The position numbers and the translations under genes are program-made. Shown piece after piece: positions 46,760 through 58,184 of a stretch of DNA of 64,000 nucleotides (its first letter is position 1; each line of letters opens with the position of its first letter). The stretch is taken from contig NW_025963802.1 in NCBI RefSeq assembly GCF_023055435.1, forward strand, positions 742,355 through 806,354. Reading direction: 5' to 3'. The stretch is from Haliotis rufescens (taxonomy: Eukaryota). Under the pieces are notes generated by a model. The model saw only the letters and a list, made by a program, of their open reading frames with translations, ran no database searches and was not told the DNA's origin.

Positions 46760-46940
46760 ATTGGCAACTGCATGGCAAGTATTTATAAAACGACCGGGGG
46801 AGGAAATATTCTGGGGGGAGATTTTATTTCGTAGGGTTGGGGAGAGTTTATTTCGAGAGGGGCGGAACTGTACCGGTATAAATTTGCCGGGGGGAGATTT
46901 TATTCTGGGGGCGAATATATTTCGTGACACCGGCAAGAGG
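46760..46940 (+). mobile_element. G-rich/TATA repeat family, copy 4
   Basis: Reads ctgcatggcaagtatttataaaacgaccgggggaggaaatattctggggggagattttatttcgtagggttggggagagtttatttcgagaggggcggaactgtaccggtataaatttgccggggggagattttattctgggggcgaatatatttcgtgacaccgg. Confidence 0.6.
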
Positions 46941-47769
46941 ACCCTGTTGATGATGTTAGGGGGAGTTCTGGGGGGGGGGATAGGAATGCAGTTAGCTGTT
47001 TCTCACTTCGAGGTTTTCAAAGACCCTTGTGCCACCCAGCACAGCACGGGTTATGCCCAGATGGCTAACGTCATACCTTTAACCCCTCCACAACATTTGA
47101 ACTCGTCAATAGATCACCGAAACCTGGCCCTTCCCCAATAGTAGACTGCCCAAAGGAGAAACCATGGCAGTGCTCAGGAATTCTTCTCTACCTGACCCCT
47201 CTCTCCGGGTGAACTCAAGATAAGCAACCCAACCTATAACCCTCAGCTGGAATAGATGTATCGGGATATCTGGTTATAACTGACCACAGTGGTGCTGTTA
47301 CCCCCTATTCATCATTAAATCTCTGTGCGCCACCTACAGTGCGCACCTTGCAAACTTGGCACCTCTGGTGGCCTGGCACTGGATGTAAGGTCAAATAACC
47401 CCAAACACTCTGTCCCCACTGGTGATATGTCACCAACCTATGTGTCAATTACGGTAGCATTTAAAGTATCTCACGTTGGATTGGGTTTCATGAGAGAAAA
47501 GTACAACAAAACTACCGAGACTCGCATACATTTCGTATCCGACACACGACACATACATGGAATAACATGTTGACGGTAAACTTCCACGCTAGCCGCACAA
47601 GGACTATGAAAACGCGTCAGAGGACGAAACAAGAACAACAAATGTCACCCAAACTCAGTACCCCACAATGACTTGCACAACAGGAACGGACTAAGATGAA
47701 AGGTCACTGAGATTTCGTTAAACAAACACATCAATAGCATACAACACGCGACACATACCTAGAATGGTG

Positions 47770-48215
47770 GCAGGTTTCTTGTCGAGGAAATAATGCCGCC
47801 GAGATGGGTTCTTGTCGAGGAAATAATGCCGACGAGATTGGTTCTTGTCGAGGAAATAATGCCGTCGAGATGGGTTCTTGTCGAGGAAATAATGCCGACG
47901 AGATGGGTTCTTGTCGCGGAAATAATGCCGACGAGATGGGTTCTTGTCGAGGAAATAATGCCGACGAGATGGGTTCTTGTCGAGGAAATATTGCCAACGA
48001 GATGGTTTCTTGTCGAGGAAACGATGCCGACGAGATGGTTCCTTGTCAAAGAAATGGATTGGTGATTCACTTAAAAGGTGGACATAAGCTGACGAGATGG
48101 AGTCTTGTCGAGGAAATAATGCCGACGAGATGGTTTCTTGTCAAAGAAATGGATTCGTGATTCATTTGAAAGGTGGACATAAGCTGACGAGATGGAGTCT
48201 TGTCGAGGAGATGGA
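47770..48215. repeat. 33-bp satellite (unit cgagatgggttcttgtcgaggaaataatgccga, about 10 copies, plus two longer variant units of about 100 bp at 48040-48215)
   Basis: A period of 33 bp equals 11 codons. This produces the repetitive ORFs on both strands (MPTRWVLVEEI repeats and their reverse). Confidence 0.85.
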
Positions 48216-48589
48216 CACCTTGGTGCACTTGAAGAAGTGAGCTTAGCAAGAGCGAGTTCCCTGCCGCCACGGTCCCTTGGAGGTAGGCAACACGTATTTT
48301 CAGGATATCGAGAGGTGCCTGCCGCCACGTAACTTGATAACGTAAGTTAATTTTGTTGCCCGGACCGAATAGCCACCTTCTGCAGGGGATGATAGTCGGT
48401 TCCGTCATAAAGGACATGGGTGCCAGGAGTTATTGACGTTACAATAACAACAAAACAAGGAAATAAAAAGGACACGAGAGACATTGACATTGACACCGGT
48501 AGAGAACACACATACACTACAGACAAGTTGGCTAACGAACCGACAGGTACAATAGTCAACTATACCACGTTGGGGCCACCGAGAGATAA

Positions 48590-50800
48590 TTGCAGTCCAG
48601 GTTGTAGTGCTTATTGGGCAGGTACACTTTCAATAACACATGACATGTCATGGCCTCTTATAAGACCGAACCCGATACACGGTAAAAAAACATGGCCAAT
48701 CTAAAACGGCATATCACCAGTAGTGAAAGCTCACTCCCACGAGTCACCTATACAAGAGTTAACGTTAAGCCTATGGTGTTGATATTCTTAAATTAAAAAC
48801 AAAACAACAACAAAATACCAAATAACAGACAGAAACAACGACTGTGACAGTCATATGTTGGCTGGCAACTCCTATGATAGACTTACATTTAGTCTCTCAA
48901 ATCTTATATTACACAATATCCTTCTTGACTCTAAAAATAAAATAAAAATTCCCTATGCTTATTTCAGAATAGAGCTAGCTTGAGCTGGCTAGACTTGCTT
49001 TTGTATGCATTTCTAGATTATTATTTTTTTTATAAAATAAATATATTCCACGGTCATGGTGCAGGACTACTCCTATGGTCTCACCATGTCACGTACACGA
49101 ATATAGACATAATATATTTACACAAACATCCATTGGGATACCTTTGAGTGAAGATTGTTGCCTTAGAATTATTAAACATTACATTGGTGTGTAACCCTTT
49201 CGAAATTTCCATCCTTCTTATGGTATTGAGAATTGAGAATCACATAGGTGTGTGTGGCTTTTCGCTCGGTCAGATACCAAAGAAAGTCCACTCGTTTCGT
49301 AAAAATGGTATCTAAGGAGAACCAGTGTAGTATTATCTATATATTTCACTCGAGTTATCTGCCTGCATAACACACCTGCATTCTAAATACATGGTAGCTA
49401 TTTATCTCCCCTTGACATGGCCAGCGTGAATTTGTGTAATTGATTTGTCATTCGTCCAGCTGTGAGTCATTTGTTCGTGAGTTATGCACTTGATCCTGTT
49501 TTTGTTGTTGTTTAGCTTCGCACTCACGCAGGTTCCATTTACATAATATAATTAACTTATGCGACAGAAATGAGATTCAGCGCATCACGTGGACTCGTGC
49601 TGTGAAATGAGATTCAGCGTTTCTCGACAGCTGTTGACAACGGCCTGTTGCACTTGTGGACGTTTTTAAATGTTCGCCAATAACACGTGGCTATAAGACC
49701 CTATAAAGCTGTATAATAGACATTCTCTGACGCTGTGACATGCTACAACGGTTGTATATCTTACATAACTCCACGTGTTTTATCTTGTTTACACGTGACC
49801 ATAGCCTGATAAAACAAAACGTGCTTATCGGGGAATGACCTAAAACTCGCAGCGGATTCTTCGCTTTGGTAAGAAGTACTAACCGATAATGTAATTTTTT
49901 CACTCCCCTGTTTTAGCAGCGGGAGACTTCGCTTAAATATTTATCGACTATTAATTTCGTCCCTGCAGGCACTTCCACGGTCCCACGCTTGGCAGTGTTG
50001 ACTCTCAACATCCTTGAAACTAGGTTAAAAGAAACAAAACAACACAGCACGATCTGTGTCAGGCACCGAGTCTTGAACAGGCTGATTTCTTGTCATTAGG
50101 TGAGTAACTGTGTTTCTTCACTATAGAACTTATGATTTTCTTTTGCTACTTTATGTTCAAACCTTTTTTTCGTTATCATGTGGCCGTGTTTCGGCAATGC
50201 TCAAGCGTGAAGTCCAATGTTAATACCTCAGTGAATAGCCTACCGTGACGTATTTCCAGGAATTTCCCGCGAACAGGGTTTAAATAAAATGGTTTGTTCG
50301 TACATTTTTAAACAGGGTTTACGATATTAGTTTTGTTGTTTGGTTAAGAAACATATACCTCTGCAAATAGCCTTATTCACAAACGTGGTATCATTGGTTA
50401 TTGATACAAACATACACAGCTTGTCAAAATATTCGGTTGATTTTGCTTTATTTTTATACTATTTCAACGCCCACGCTTTCTCATGATGTTTGTGAGTTTT
50501 GAGTGGTTTCGTCTTTAGATGAAAAGAAAAAACCCGCACACACTATAGAGGGTTAAATGTTGTTTATGGAATCATCTACTACCCAGTGTGGTTTAGGTGT
50601 GTTCGTTTTTTACCAGAACGCGATACTTATATATGTATCTTTATTGCTTTTTTGTATATAAGATAGTGGGTGAGTGAGTGGGTGAGCGAGTGAGTATGGT
50701 TTGACGCCGCTTTTAGCAATATTCCTGCAATATCACGGCGGGGGAGACCAGAAATGAGCTTCACACATTATACCCATGTCGGGAATCGAGCCCGGGTCAT
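48590..50800. repeat. Tandem segmental duplication, copy 1 (about 2.2 kb)
   Basis: Blocks from 48590-49930 recur at 50810-52165, including the identical 70-aa minus-strand ORFs 49691..49903 and 51925..52137. The tail at 50280-50800 recurs at 52170-52465. Copy 1 ends inside a SINE-B. Confidence 0.8.
50660..50798 (-). mobile_element. SINE-B copy (truncated); the tandem-duplication junction falls at its end
   Basis: Reads gtgggtgagtgagtgggtgagcgagtgagtatggtttgacgccgcttttagcaatattcctgcaatatcacggcgggggagaccagaaatgagcttcacacattatacccatgtcgggaatcgagcccgggtc. Confidence 0.7.
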
Positions 50801-50809
50801 GGTACAAAA

Positions 50810-52465
50810 GTCAATTAGGTTGTAGTGCTTATTGGGCAGGTACACTTTCAATAACACATGACATGTCATGGCCTCTTATAAGACCGAACCCGATACACGG
50901 TAAAATAACATGGCCAATCTAAAACGCCATACACCAGTAGTGAAAGCTCACTCCCACGAGTCACCCATACAAGAGTTAACGTTAAGCCTAATGTGTTGAT
51001 ATTCTTAAATTAAAAACAAAACAACAACAAAATACATAATAACAGACAGAAACAACAACGACTGTGACAGTCATATGTTGGCTGGCAACTCCTATGAGAA
51101 CGATCTTTGGCTCAGGGTCTCACCATGTCACGTACACGAATATAGACATAATATATTTTCGCTGTTACACAAACATCCATTGGGATACCTTTGAGTGAAG
51201 ATGGTTTCCTGAGAATTATTAAAAATTACATTGGTGTGTAACCCTTTCGAAATTTCCATCCTTCTTATGGTATTGAGAATTGAGAATCACATAGGTGTGT
51301 TTGGCTTTCGCTCGGTCAGATACCAAAGAAAGTCCACTCGTTTCGTAAAAATGGTATCTAAGGAGAACCAGTGTAGTATTATCTATATATTTCACTCGAG
51401 TTATCTGCCTGCATAACACACCTGCATTCTAAATACATGCTAGCTACTTATCTCTCCTTGACATGGCCAACGTGACTTTGTGTAATTGATTTGTCATTCG
51501 ACCAGCTGTGAGTCATTTGTTCGTGAGTAATGCACTGGATCCTGTTTTTGCTGTTGTTTAGCTTCGCACTCACGCAGGTTCCATTTATATAATATAAGTA
51601 ACTTATGCGACAGAACGCATGACCAGTGTCTCTATGGTACTAAACCCTTTAGTGTGAGATTACAATAAAATACATTGTTTCCTACTAAACAAAGTCTAAC
51701 AAAATCGTCCTCATTAAATGGGTACTAGACATAATTCATATAATTCACATAGTTGATTCAAACGGCGATAGCGCAACGATGCTGAATTAACGTGAAGTTC
51801 CTCGACACCACGTGCAAATCACGTGGACTCGTGCTGTGAAATGAGATTCAGCGTGTCTCGGGAGCTGTTGATAACGGCCTGTTGCTCTTATGGACGTTTT
51901 CAAACGCTCACCAATAACACGTGACTATAAGACCCTATAAAGTTGTATAATAGACATTCTCTGACGCTGTGACATGCTACAACGGTTGTATATCTTACAT
52001 AACTCCACGTGGTTTATCTTGTTTACACGTGACCATAGCCTGATAAAACAAAACGTGCTTATCGGGGAATGACCTAAAACTCGCAGCGGATTCTTCGCTT
52101 TGGTAAGAAGTACTAACCGATAATGTAATTTTCTCACCCCCCTGTTTTAGCAGCGGAAGACTTTTACATTACATTTTTACACAGGGTTAACGATATTAGT
52201 TTTGTTGTTTGGTTAAGAAACATATACCTCTACAAATAGCCTTATATATGTATCTTTATTGCTTTTTTGTATATAAGATAGTGAGTGAGTGAGTGGGTGA
52301 GCGAGTGAGTATGGTTTGACGCCGCTTTTAGCAATATTCCTGCAATATCACGGCGGGGGACACCAGAAATGGGCTTCACACATTATACCCATGTCGGGAA
52401 TCGAGCCCGGGTCTTCGGCGTGACGAGCAAACGCTTTAACCACTAGGCCACCCGAACGCCCCCTT
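50810..52465. repeat. Tandem segmental duplication, copy 2 (with indels: it lacks about 170 bp near 48900-49080 and about 630 bp of 49930-50620, and gains about 190 bp at 51610-51800)
   Basis: Collinear with copy 1 at high identity. The junction reads ...gagcccgggtc|atggtacaaaagtcaatta|ggttgtagtgcttattgggcagg. Confidence 0.8.
52283..52462 (-). mobile_element. SINE-B copy
   Basis: Reads (gagt)n...tatggtttgacgccgcttttagcaatattcctgcaatatcacggcgggggacaccagaaatgggcttcacacattatacccatgtcgggaatcgagcccgggtcttcggcgtgacgagcaaacgctttaaccactaggccacccgaacgccccc. Confidence 0.8.
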
Positions 52466-52656
52466 ATATAAGATAGATAAGCATGGGCTGCCATTCATTC
52501 CAAAATACAAAGTTGAAATAAAGTACGCAATAATAGTCAAATGTTACGAATAAAGAATGAATGTTACAAATAAAGGTCATTTTTTTACATACAAATAATG
52601 AACTCAAAATACGAAACAATGCCAGTGAACATCCTGCAAACAAAAGACGTCATTTG

Positions 52657-52833
52657 GAGTGAGTGAGTGAGTTTGGTTTTACGCCGCTTTTAGCAATATT
52701 CCAGCAATATCACGGCGGGGGACACCAGAAATGGGCTTCACACATTGTACCCATGTCGGGATTCGAACCCGGGTCTTCGGCGTGACGAGCGAACGCTTTA
52801 ACCACTAGGCTACCCGACCGCCCCTCGTCATTT
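52657..52833 (-). mobile_element. SINE-B copy
   Basis: Same family, about 200 bp downstream of the previous copy. It ends ...gcgaacgctttaaccactaggctacccgaccgcccc. Confidence 0.8.
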
Positions 52834-53517
52834 GGAAAGAAAGAACAATGTGTACTAAAGAACGTCAGTGCTCAAAAAGGACACCAGACTGCTGAAGGAC
52901 AACGTTGACAATAAAAAAAAACAAAAAAAACGCCAGATGGCGCTGCAAATTGTAAAACATTCCGAGTTTAATCAGTTTGTTCCGCCGTGTATATGATAAA
53001 TGCATGCTGAAGTGCTCATTGGTTACGTCATTCATCATGCACTCAGCGTGTGACGTCATATCCATTATGTGTAATATAACGCACGCGCGGCTCTGAGTAC
53101 CTCAGACTACGCTATTTTTATTCAGGGGTGTAAAATGTTAATTTCATGTCTGATGGTGTAAATGTAACTGCAAATATTAAACCGATTCGAAAAAGAGACA
53201 CAGCTAAGTATTGACCGAGATTTTGTTATGCATACAAAACAGCACATTTTGACACACCGATATATATATCGTTCGTTTTCACATATGATCGATTTATTGC
53301 ACTTGATTTTATCCAGACCTGATGTATAAGCCCCGAAGACACATCACCCGCCCCCCATCATCCACACACATGCCCAGATATCCGTGGTCACTAATTTGCT
53401 TTTTTGTTTTTGAATTTTCAGAGATAATATCCCATATTTAAATTTCAAAACACACACGAGATGTAGCGATATGTACGATGTACCTAATTTTCAGAAGTCG
53501 TTTTTAGTAATCAAGCA

Positions 53518-53546
<29 letters not shown>
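53518..53546. repeat. Poly-C homopolymer of 29 nt, followed by an A run
   Basis: Direct reading. It terminates a partial copy of the 790-bp repeat. Confidence 0.95.
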
Positions 53547-53548
<2 letters not shown>

Positions 53549-53779
53549 AAAAAAAAACATTTGTATCCGAATGAGATGAGAGAAGGCGTTATGCTTTGAA
53601 CTACGCTCCGATATTATTCGGCTTATTCTGTGATATCAGTAAACTAGTATATGATATAGAGATTACTACACGAGTAGTCTGTCAGATACAACTGATCTTA
53701 CAACGAGTTGTTTCAAAACGCATCTAACGATCGAAAGCGAGTGAGATACGCCCTGTAACAACGAATTGTAAGATCAATG

Positions 53780-54300
53780 GTATCTAACAGGCACGAGTGC
53801 AGTACAATCTCATTAAAATCAGACCTTAGTTCTCGCTACCGCTGAACAAAGATCTGAGAACATCCCATTAGGGGTCACGTCAGAACGACCTTTCATCCGA
53901 CCAATCAGAGCATCGCTTACCAGATTATGAAAGTGACAGTCGGAATGAGATTTCTAATCCTGCAACCTCGAAAACTTTAACTCCGAACGATAGTTACGGG
54001 TTTAACAACTGAATCCATACACTATAGACCATATGTTAGCCATTTCGGAATGTTCTTTTGTTCAGGTTTCAAATTTATAATCGAGAATTTGTCAAAATAT
54101 GTTTCGAAGCGTAGTCGCCAATTTGAAATTAGTGCCGTAAAGCACGAGAAAGCTGCCTTCTGATTAGTCATTCCATTGGTCAGTCAAAGTTTGCGCAAGG
54201 TCGGTCTGACGTGACCCGTAATGGGATGTCCTCAGATCTTTTTTTAGCGGTAACGAAAACTAAGATCTGATTTTAATGAGATTGGAGTGCAGTAATGTGT
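53780..54300. mobile_element. Foldback element: inverted repeats of about 100 bp (53800-53900 against 54185-54290) around a spacer of about 290 bp
   Basis: The reverse complement of cattaaaatcagaccttagttctcgctaccgctgaacaaagatctgagaacatcccattaggggtcacgtcagaacgacctt aligns at about 85% identity with aaggtcggtctgacgtgacccgtaatgggatgtcctcagatctttttttagcggtaacgaaaactaagatctgattttaatg. Confidence 0.6.
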
Positions 54301-54975
54301 TTCTTACACACCCTAAAATCGCACCGATAGAACCGATGCAATTTGTCTAGCCTCATGATTGCCGTAGCCCACTAATACATAACACTACTGTCATAAGTGA
54401 CGTCACCCTTTGTACTGCTTACTACTCATAAATAATGTGACCCTACACAAAAAGGTTTCCGCCATATCTGTAGATTATCAAGGCGATGATGATAATGCAA
54501 ACTAGACAAAAACAAAGAACACCCTGGGTGCCGAGTTAAAAGTTTACGCCTCAAAGAAATTACCAAATATGTACAACAATGTTTACTTCCGTATGACATC
54601 ACTACCGGTGACCGACTTTTACAAAATGGCGTGTTCACTGACAACAGTCCGCGGGATTTCCAGAGGAGGATTTTCGTTGATTGAGGGATCGTATATATAC
54701 TCACACGCAAAAGAAACGCAAGTGGTTTTAAGCAAATAGGTAACAAACACGGAACCATAAATTTATACGAGTTTTAGCATGTAGTGAAGCCTGATGGTGT
54801 TATCAATATTTTTTGTTGCTTTTTGATAGCCCCGAGTAAAAAACGCAACATAGAAAACGAATCGCCAAAACGCACCATTTCAATGAATATGTGGGTATCA
54901 TGCACCCATTTCTCGCGAAATCGAAAATGCACGAACTGTCACGACCTGTTGTGGGTATAAAACTGTGGCCGATTC

Positions 54976-55901
54976 TTGGACCGTCTCCTGCATCGATACA
55001 ATGCTACACAGACCACAGCTGACCTTGCTCGGAGCGGTCGTCCTAGGGTCACCACACCTCGACAAGATCGGCAGATTACCCGTCAACACCAGCGACATCT
55101 GTTCCTAAATGCAAGTGAAAGTGCTCGACAGACCATAGGAACAAATAATCGACACATTAGCCGTGACACTGTGATCCGACGTCTCCGTTCCAACAACCTC
55201 AGATGTCGCCGACCAGCACGTCGTCCTGTTCTCCAACCACAGCATCGACAAGCACGACTTCAGTGGGCACAGGGTCATCGCAATTGGCGTCATCGTGAGT
55301 AGAGGCGTGTCATCTTCTCTGATGAAAGTCGCTTTTGTGTCTCCCATGCAGACGGAAGAGTCAGAATTTGGCGGCGTCGAGGTGATCGTTTCGCTGACAG
55401 AAACGTTGTGGAAAGGGATCCATAGGGTGGACCTAGCGTCATGATATGGGCAGGGATTGGACTTAATTCGAGACTTGGACCCATGTGCTTTCTGAATGTT
55501 GGTTAAGGTCGGGGACACGGCGTCACTGCTCAGCGGTATATCGACCAAGTGATCAGACCCCACGTTGTTCCATTTTTTGCACAACATCAACAACACATTT
55601 TCAAGCAGGACAACGCTCGTCCCCATGTTGCCAGAGCTACCATGGCCTTTCTGCAACAACACAACATCTACCGTGGCCAGCCTTCAGCCCTGATCTGAAC
55701 CCAATCGAACACTTGTGGGATGAGGTTCAAAGGCGTCTGCACAATGTGCGCCCAGTCCCTACAACTGCCGATGAACTACGCACAGCTGCTCTGGATGTGT
55801 GCAGGAGGATCCATAGGGCCTTCACAAATCGTCTGATCCACTCAATGTACAGGAGATGTGTGGCAGTGATCAATGCTAATGGTGGTCACACCAGGTATTG
55901 A
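54976..55901 (+). pseudogene. Tc1-like (DD34E) transposase pseudogene with internal stops and at least one frameshift
   Basis: Reading 54976 onward gives ...ARSGRPRVTTPRQDRQITRQH... (HTH), then ...RLQWAQGHRNW..., then VIFSDESRF (first D), FKQDNARPH (second D), and the hallmark AFSPDLNPIEHLWDEV (third acidic residue). In-frame stops follow RHRE, RDP and NVG, and there is a frameshift between the DNARPH and PDLNPIE blocks. An upstream in-frame TAA shows the N-terminus is lost too. Confidence 0.8.
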
Positions 55902-56549
55902 CTGACATTTTGGGTATTGACCCGAAACTGTGTAAGCCAAAAAACAATTATGTCATCTGCCTTTTAATCCATTAAACTGTCTTCAGTCAAATTTTTGTCA
56001 ATCTTGCCCTATTAGTATTTCTTGTCTTTACTGTTGAAAATAAATAACATGTATACTGCATACTCGACTTGCGTTTCATAAAGTATACATAAATGTGTCA
56101 CGTAAGTAATCAGAAACATTCTGACAATCTGCGTACTGTTATTTGTTTACCATGTTTTCGAATGTAACAAAGAGAATTAGTCAGAAATGCAGATAACTAC
56201 CGTCATCGTTGTGCGTGATTTAGCGTCAGTCATGGCGTCACACAGGACGGAAACTTTTACGGCTTCTGTTGAATTTACCACATCATTGTAATGTGTATAT
56301 GTGTAATTCCATACTAGCTTAGTGCAACGATGCTCTTCCCATGATTATTCTCAAACGCGCGATCGAGCCAATGTATGCAACAATTAGACGAAAGTACCTC
56401 TAAAAATCAACACAGTGTACAATCTGAATTTTGCTTTGTTTACAGTTTTCCGAGAACAGTTTTCGTTTCCATACCTAATTTATTTCGCATGATTTCATCT
56501 AGATAATTTGCATTGGCGGCAAAGACCATTTGTCATTTGTTTCTCAAAT

Positions 56550-58140
56550 GTATGAGGAATTCAGGGATGCAAGTATAGAAGCTGAGTTTGAAATATACCT
56601 GATCGAACAGGCGTCTCATAACCGGCATTTTGTAAACACAATCCAATATGGCGGAACGTACACTTCGGCGTTCGTGTATGCGTATTTTCCCAAACATCCT
56701 AAACGATTCTAGGCTTATCAGCGACGTTGAAGAATTATCATTAGTGATTTGATGCCCGTCATGACTTATATGCTATTTTTCTACTTTATTTTTTCGAGTA
56801 AATATCCGATATTTAGATTTCTAAACACACAGTAAATAACGCCGTGAATTGTGATTTGGCGAGATTTACGATGTACCTAATTTTTAGAAGTCACCTTTAG
56901 TAAATGTGCTTTGCCTAAAATGACAGTAAATGATAAACAGAAGGGGGAATTCAAAACTGTGCTGTGTATTAGTTTGCTGATGTATTTTGAATTTTAATCG
57001 ACTTCGAAGTGAGTGTGGAAGAGGAAACACACGTGTCGCTGTGGCATCCATGGAGTTTACACCCTAAACAATGATAACGTTGACATAACAACAGGTAATG
57101 TAACTGATAATAATAACAAACAAACTCGCAGACGAGGACGAGTTTATTTTTATTATTAATTACACGGTCCTGTGGTTCAATACAGACGTAGGTGAACATT
57201 CGACTGAAGCACGTGAAACTTGAATGACTTACACTCAGGAAAGTAGTCCGTCATCATCTGACCTCAGGTCATCACCATGGAATAGCCAATCACGGGCCTG
57301 GAATTCGATCTCACACATATGTTTGATACCAGTTATTCAGGGATGCATGTATAGCAGCTGAGTTTGAAATATACCTGATCGAATAGGCGTCTCATAACCG
57401 GCATTTTTATTAACAGAATCCAATATGGCGGAACGTACACTTCGGCGTTCGTGTATATGCGTATTTTCCAAAACATTCTAAACGATTCTAGGCTTATCAG
57501 CGACGTTTCAGAATTATCATATAGTGATTTGATACCCGTGATCGCTAATATGCTATTTTTCTACTGTAATTATTCGAGTAAATATCCGATATTTAGATTT
57601 CTAAACACACAGTAAATATTTAGATCTTATATAACGCCGTGAATTGTGATTTGGCGAGATTTACAATGTACTTAACTTTCAGTCACTTTCAGTAATTTTA
57701 AATTGCCTAAAATGACAGTAAATGATAAACAGAATAGGGAATTCACAACTGTGAAGTGTATTAGTCTGCGTGATGTATTTTGAATTTTATTCGATTTCGA
57801 AGTGAGGCCAGGTTGAAGAGGAGGGACATATGTGTCGCTGTGGCATCCAGGGGGTTTACACTCTGGAAAAACGATAATGTTGACATAACAACAGATAATG
57901 TAACTGATAATAAAAACAAACAAACACGCAGACAAGGACGAGCTAGTTTATTTTTATTATTAATTACACGGTCCTGTTGTTCAATACATACGCAGGTGAA
58001 CATTCGACTGTAGCACGAGCAACTTATGAATGACTTACACTCAGGAAAGTAGTCCGTCATTATCTGACCTCAGGTCATCACCATGGAGTAGCCAATCACG
58101 GGCCTGGAATTCGATCTCACACAAATGTTTGATACCAGTT
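56550..58140. repeat. Tandem duplication of about 790 bp (56550-57340 and 57340-58140), abutting the 39-bp satellite
   Basis: Both copies contain gatgcaagtatagaagctgagtttgaaatatacctgatcgaacaggcgtctcataaccggcatttt...aatccaatatggcggaacgtacacttcggcgttcgtgtat...gtcatcaccatgg.atagccaatcacgggcctggaattcgatctcacaca.atgtttgataccagttat. A partial third copy at 53390-53520 ends in poly-C. Confidence 0.75.
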
Positions 58141-58184
58141 ATCTCAAATGGGTTTCTCACACACAGGTGTGTAAGAATATCTGA

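Noticed and set aside
47731-48417. Overlapping ORFs on both strands (88-118 aa) with 11-aa repeats
   Set aside because: They are in-frame 33-bp satellite repeats readable in all frames, which makes them six-frame artifacts.
49691-49903. Duplicated 70-aa minus-strand ORFs (49691..49903 and 51925..52137)
   Set aside because: Their near-identity reflects the 2.2-kb tandem duplication. There is no homology and no gene signals, so they are treated as non-coding.
55105-55662. 185-aa minus-strand ORF antisense to the Tc1 transposase relic
   Set aside because: It has no recognisable homology. Antisense ORFs over GC-balanced transposase sequence are common chance events.
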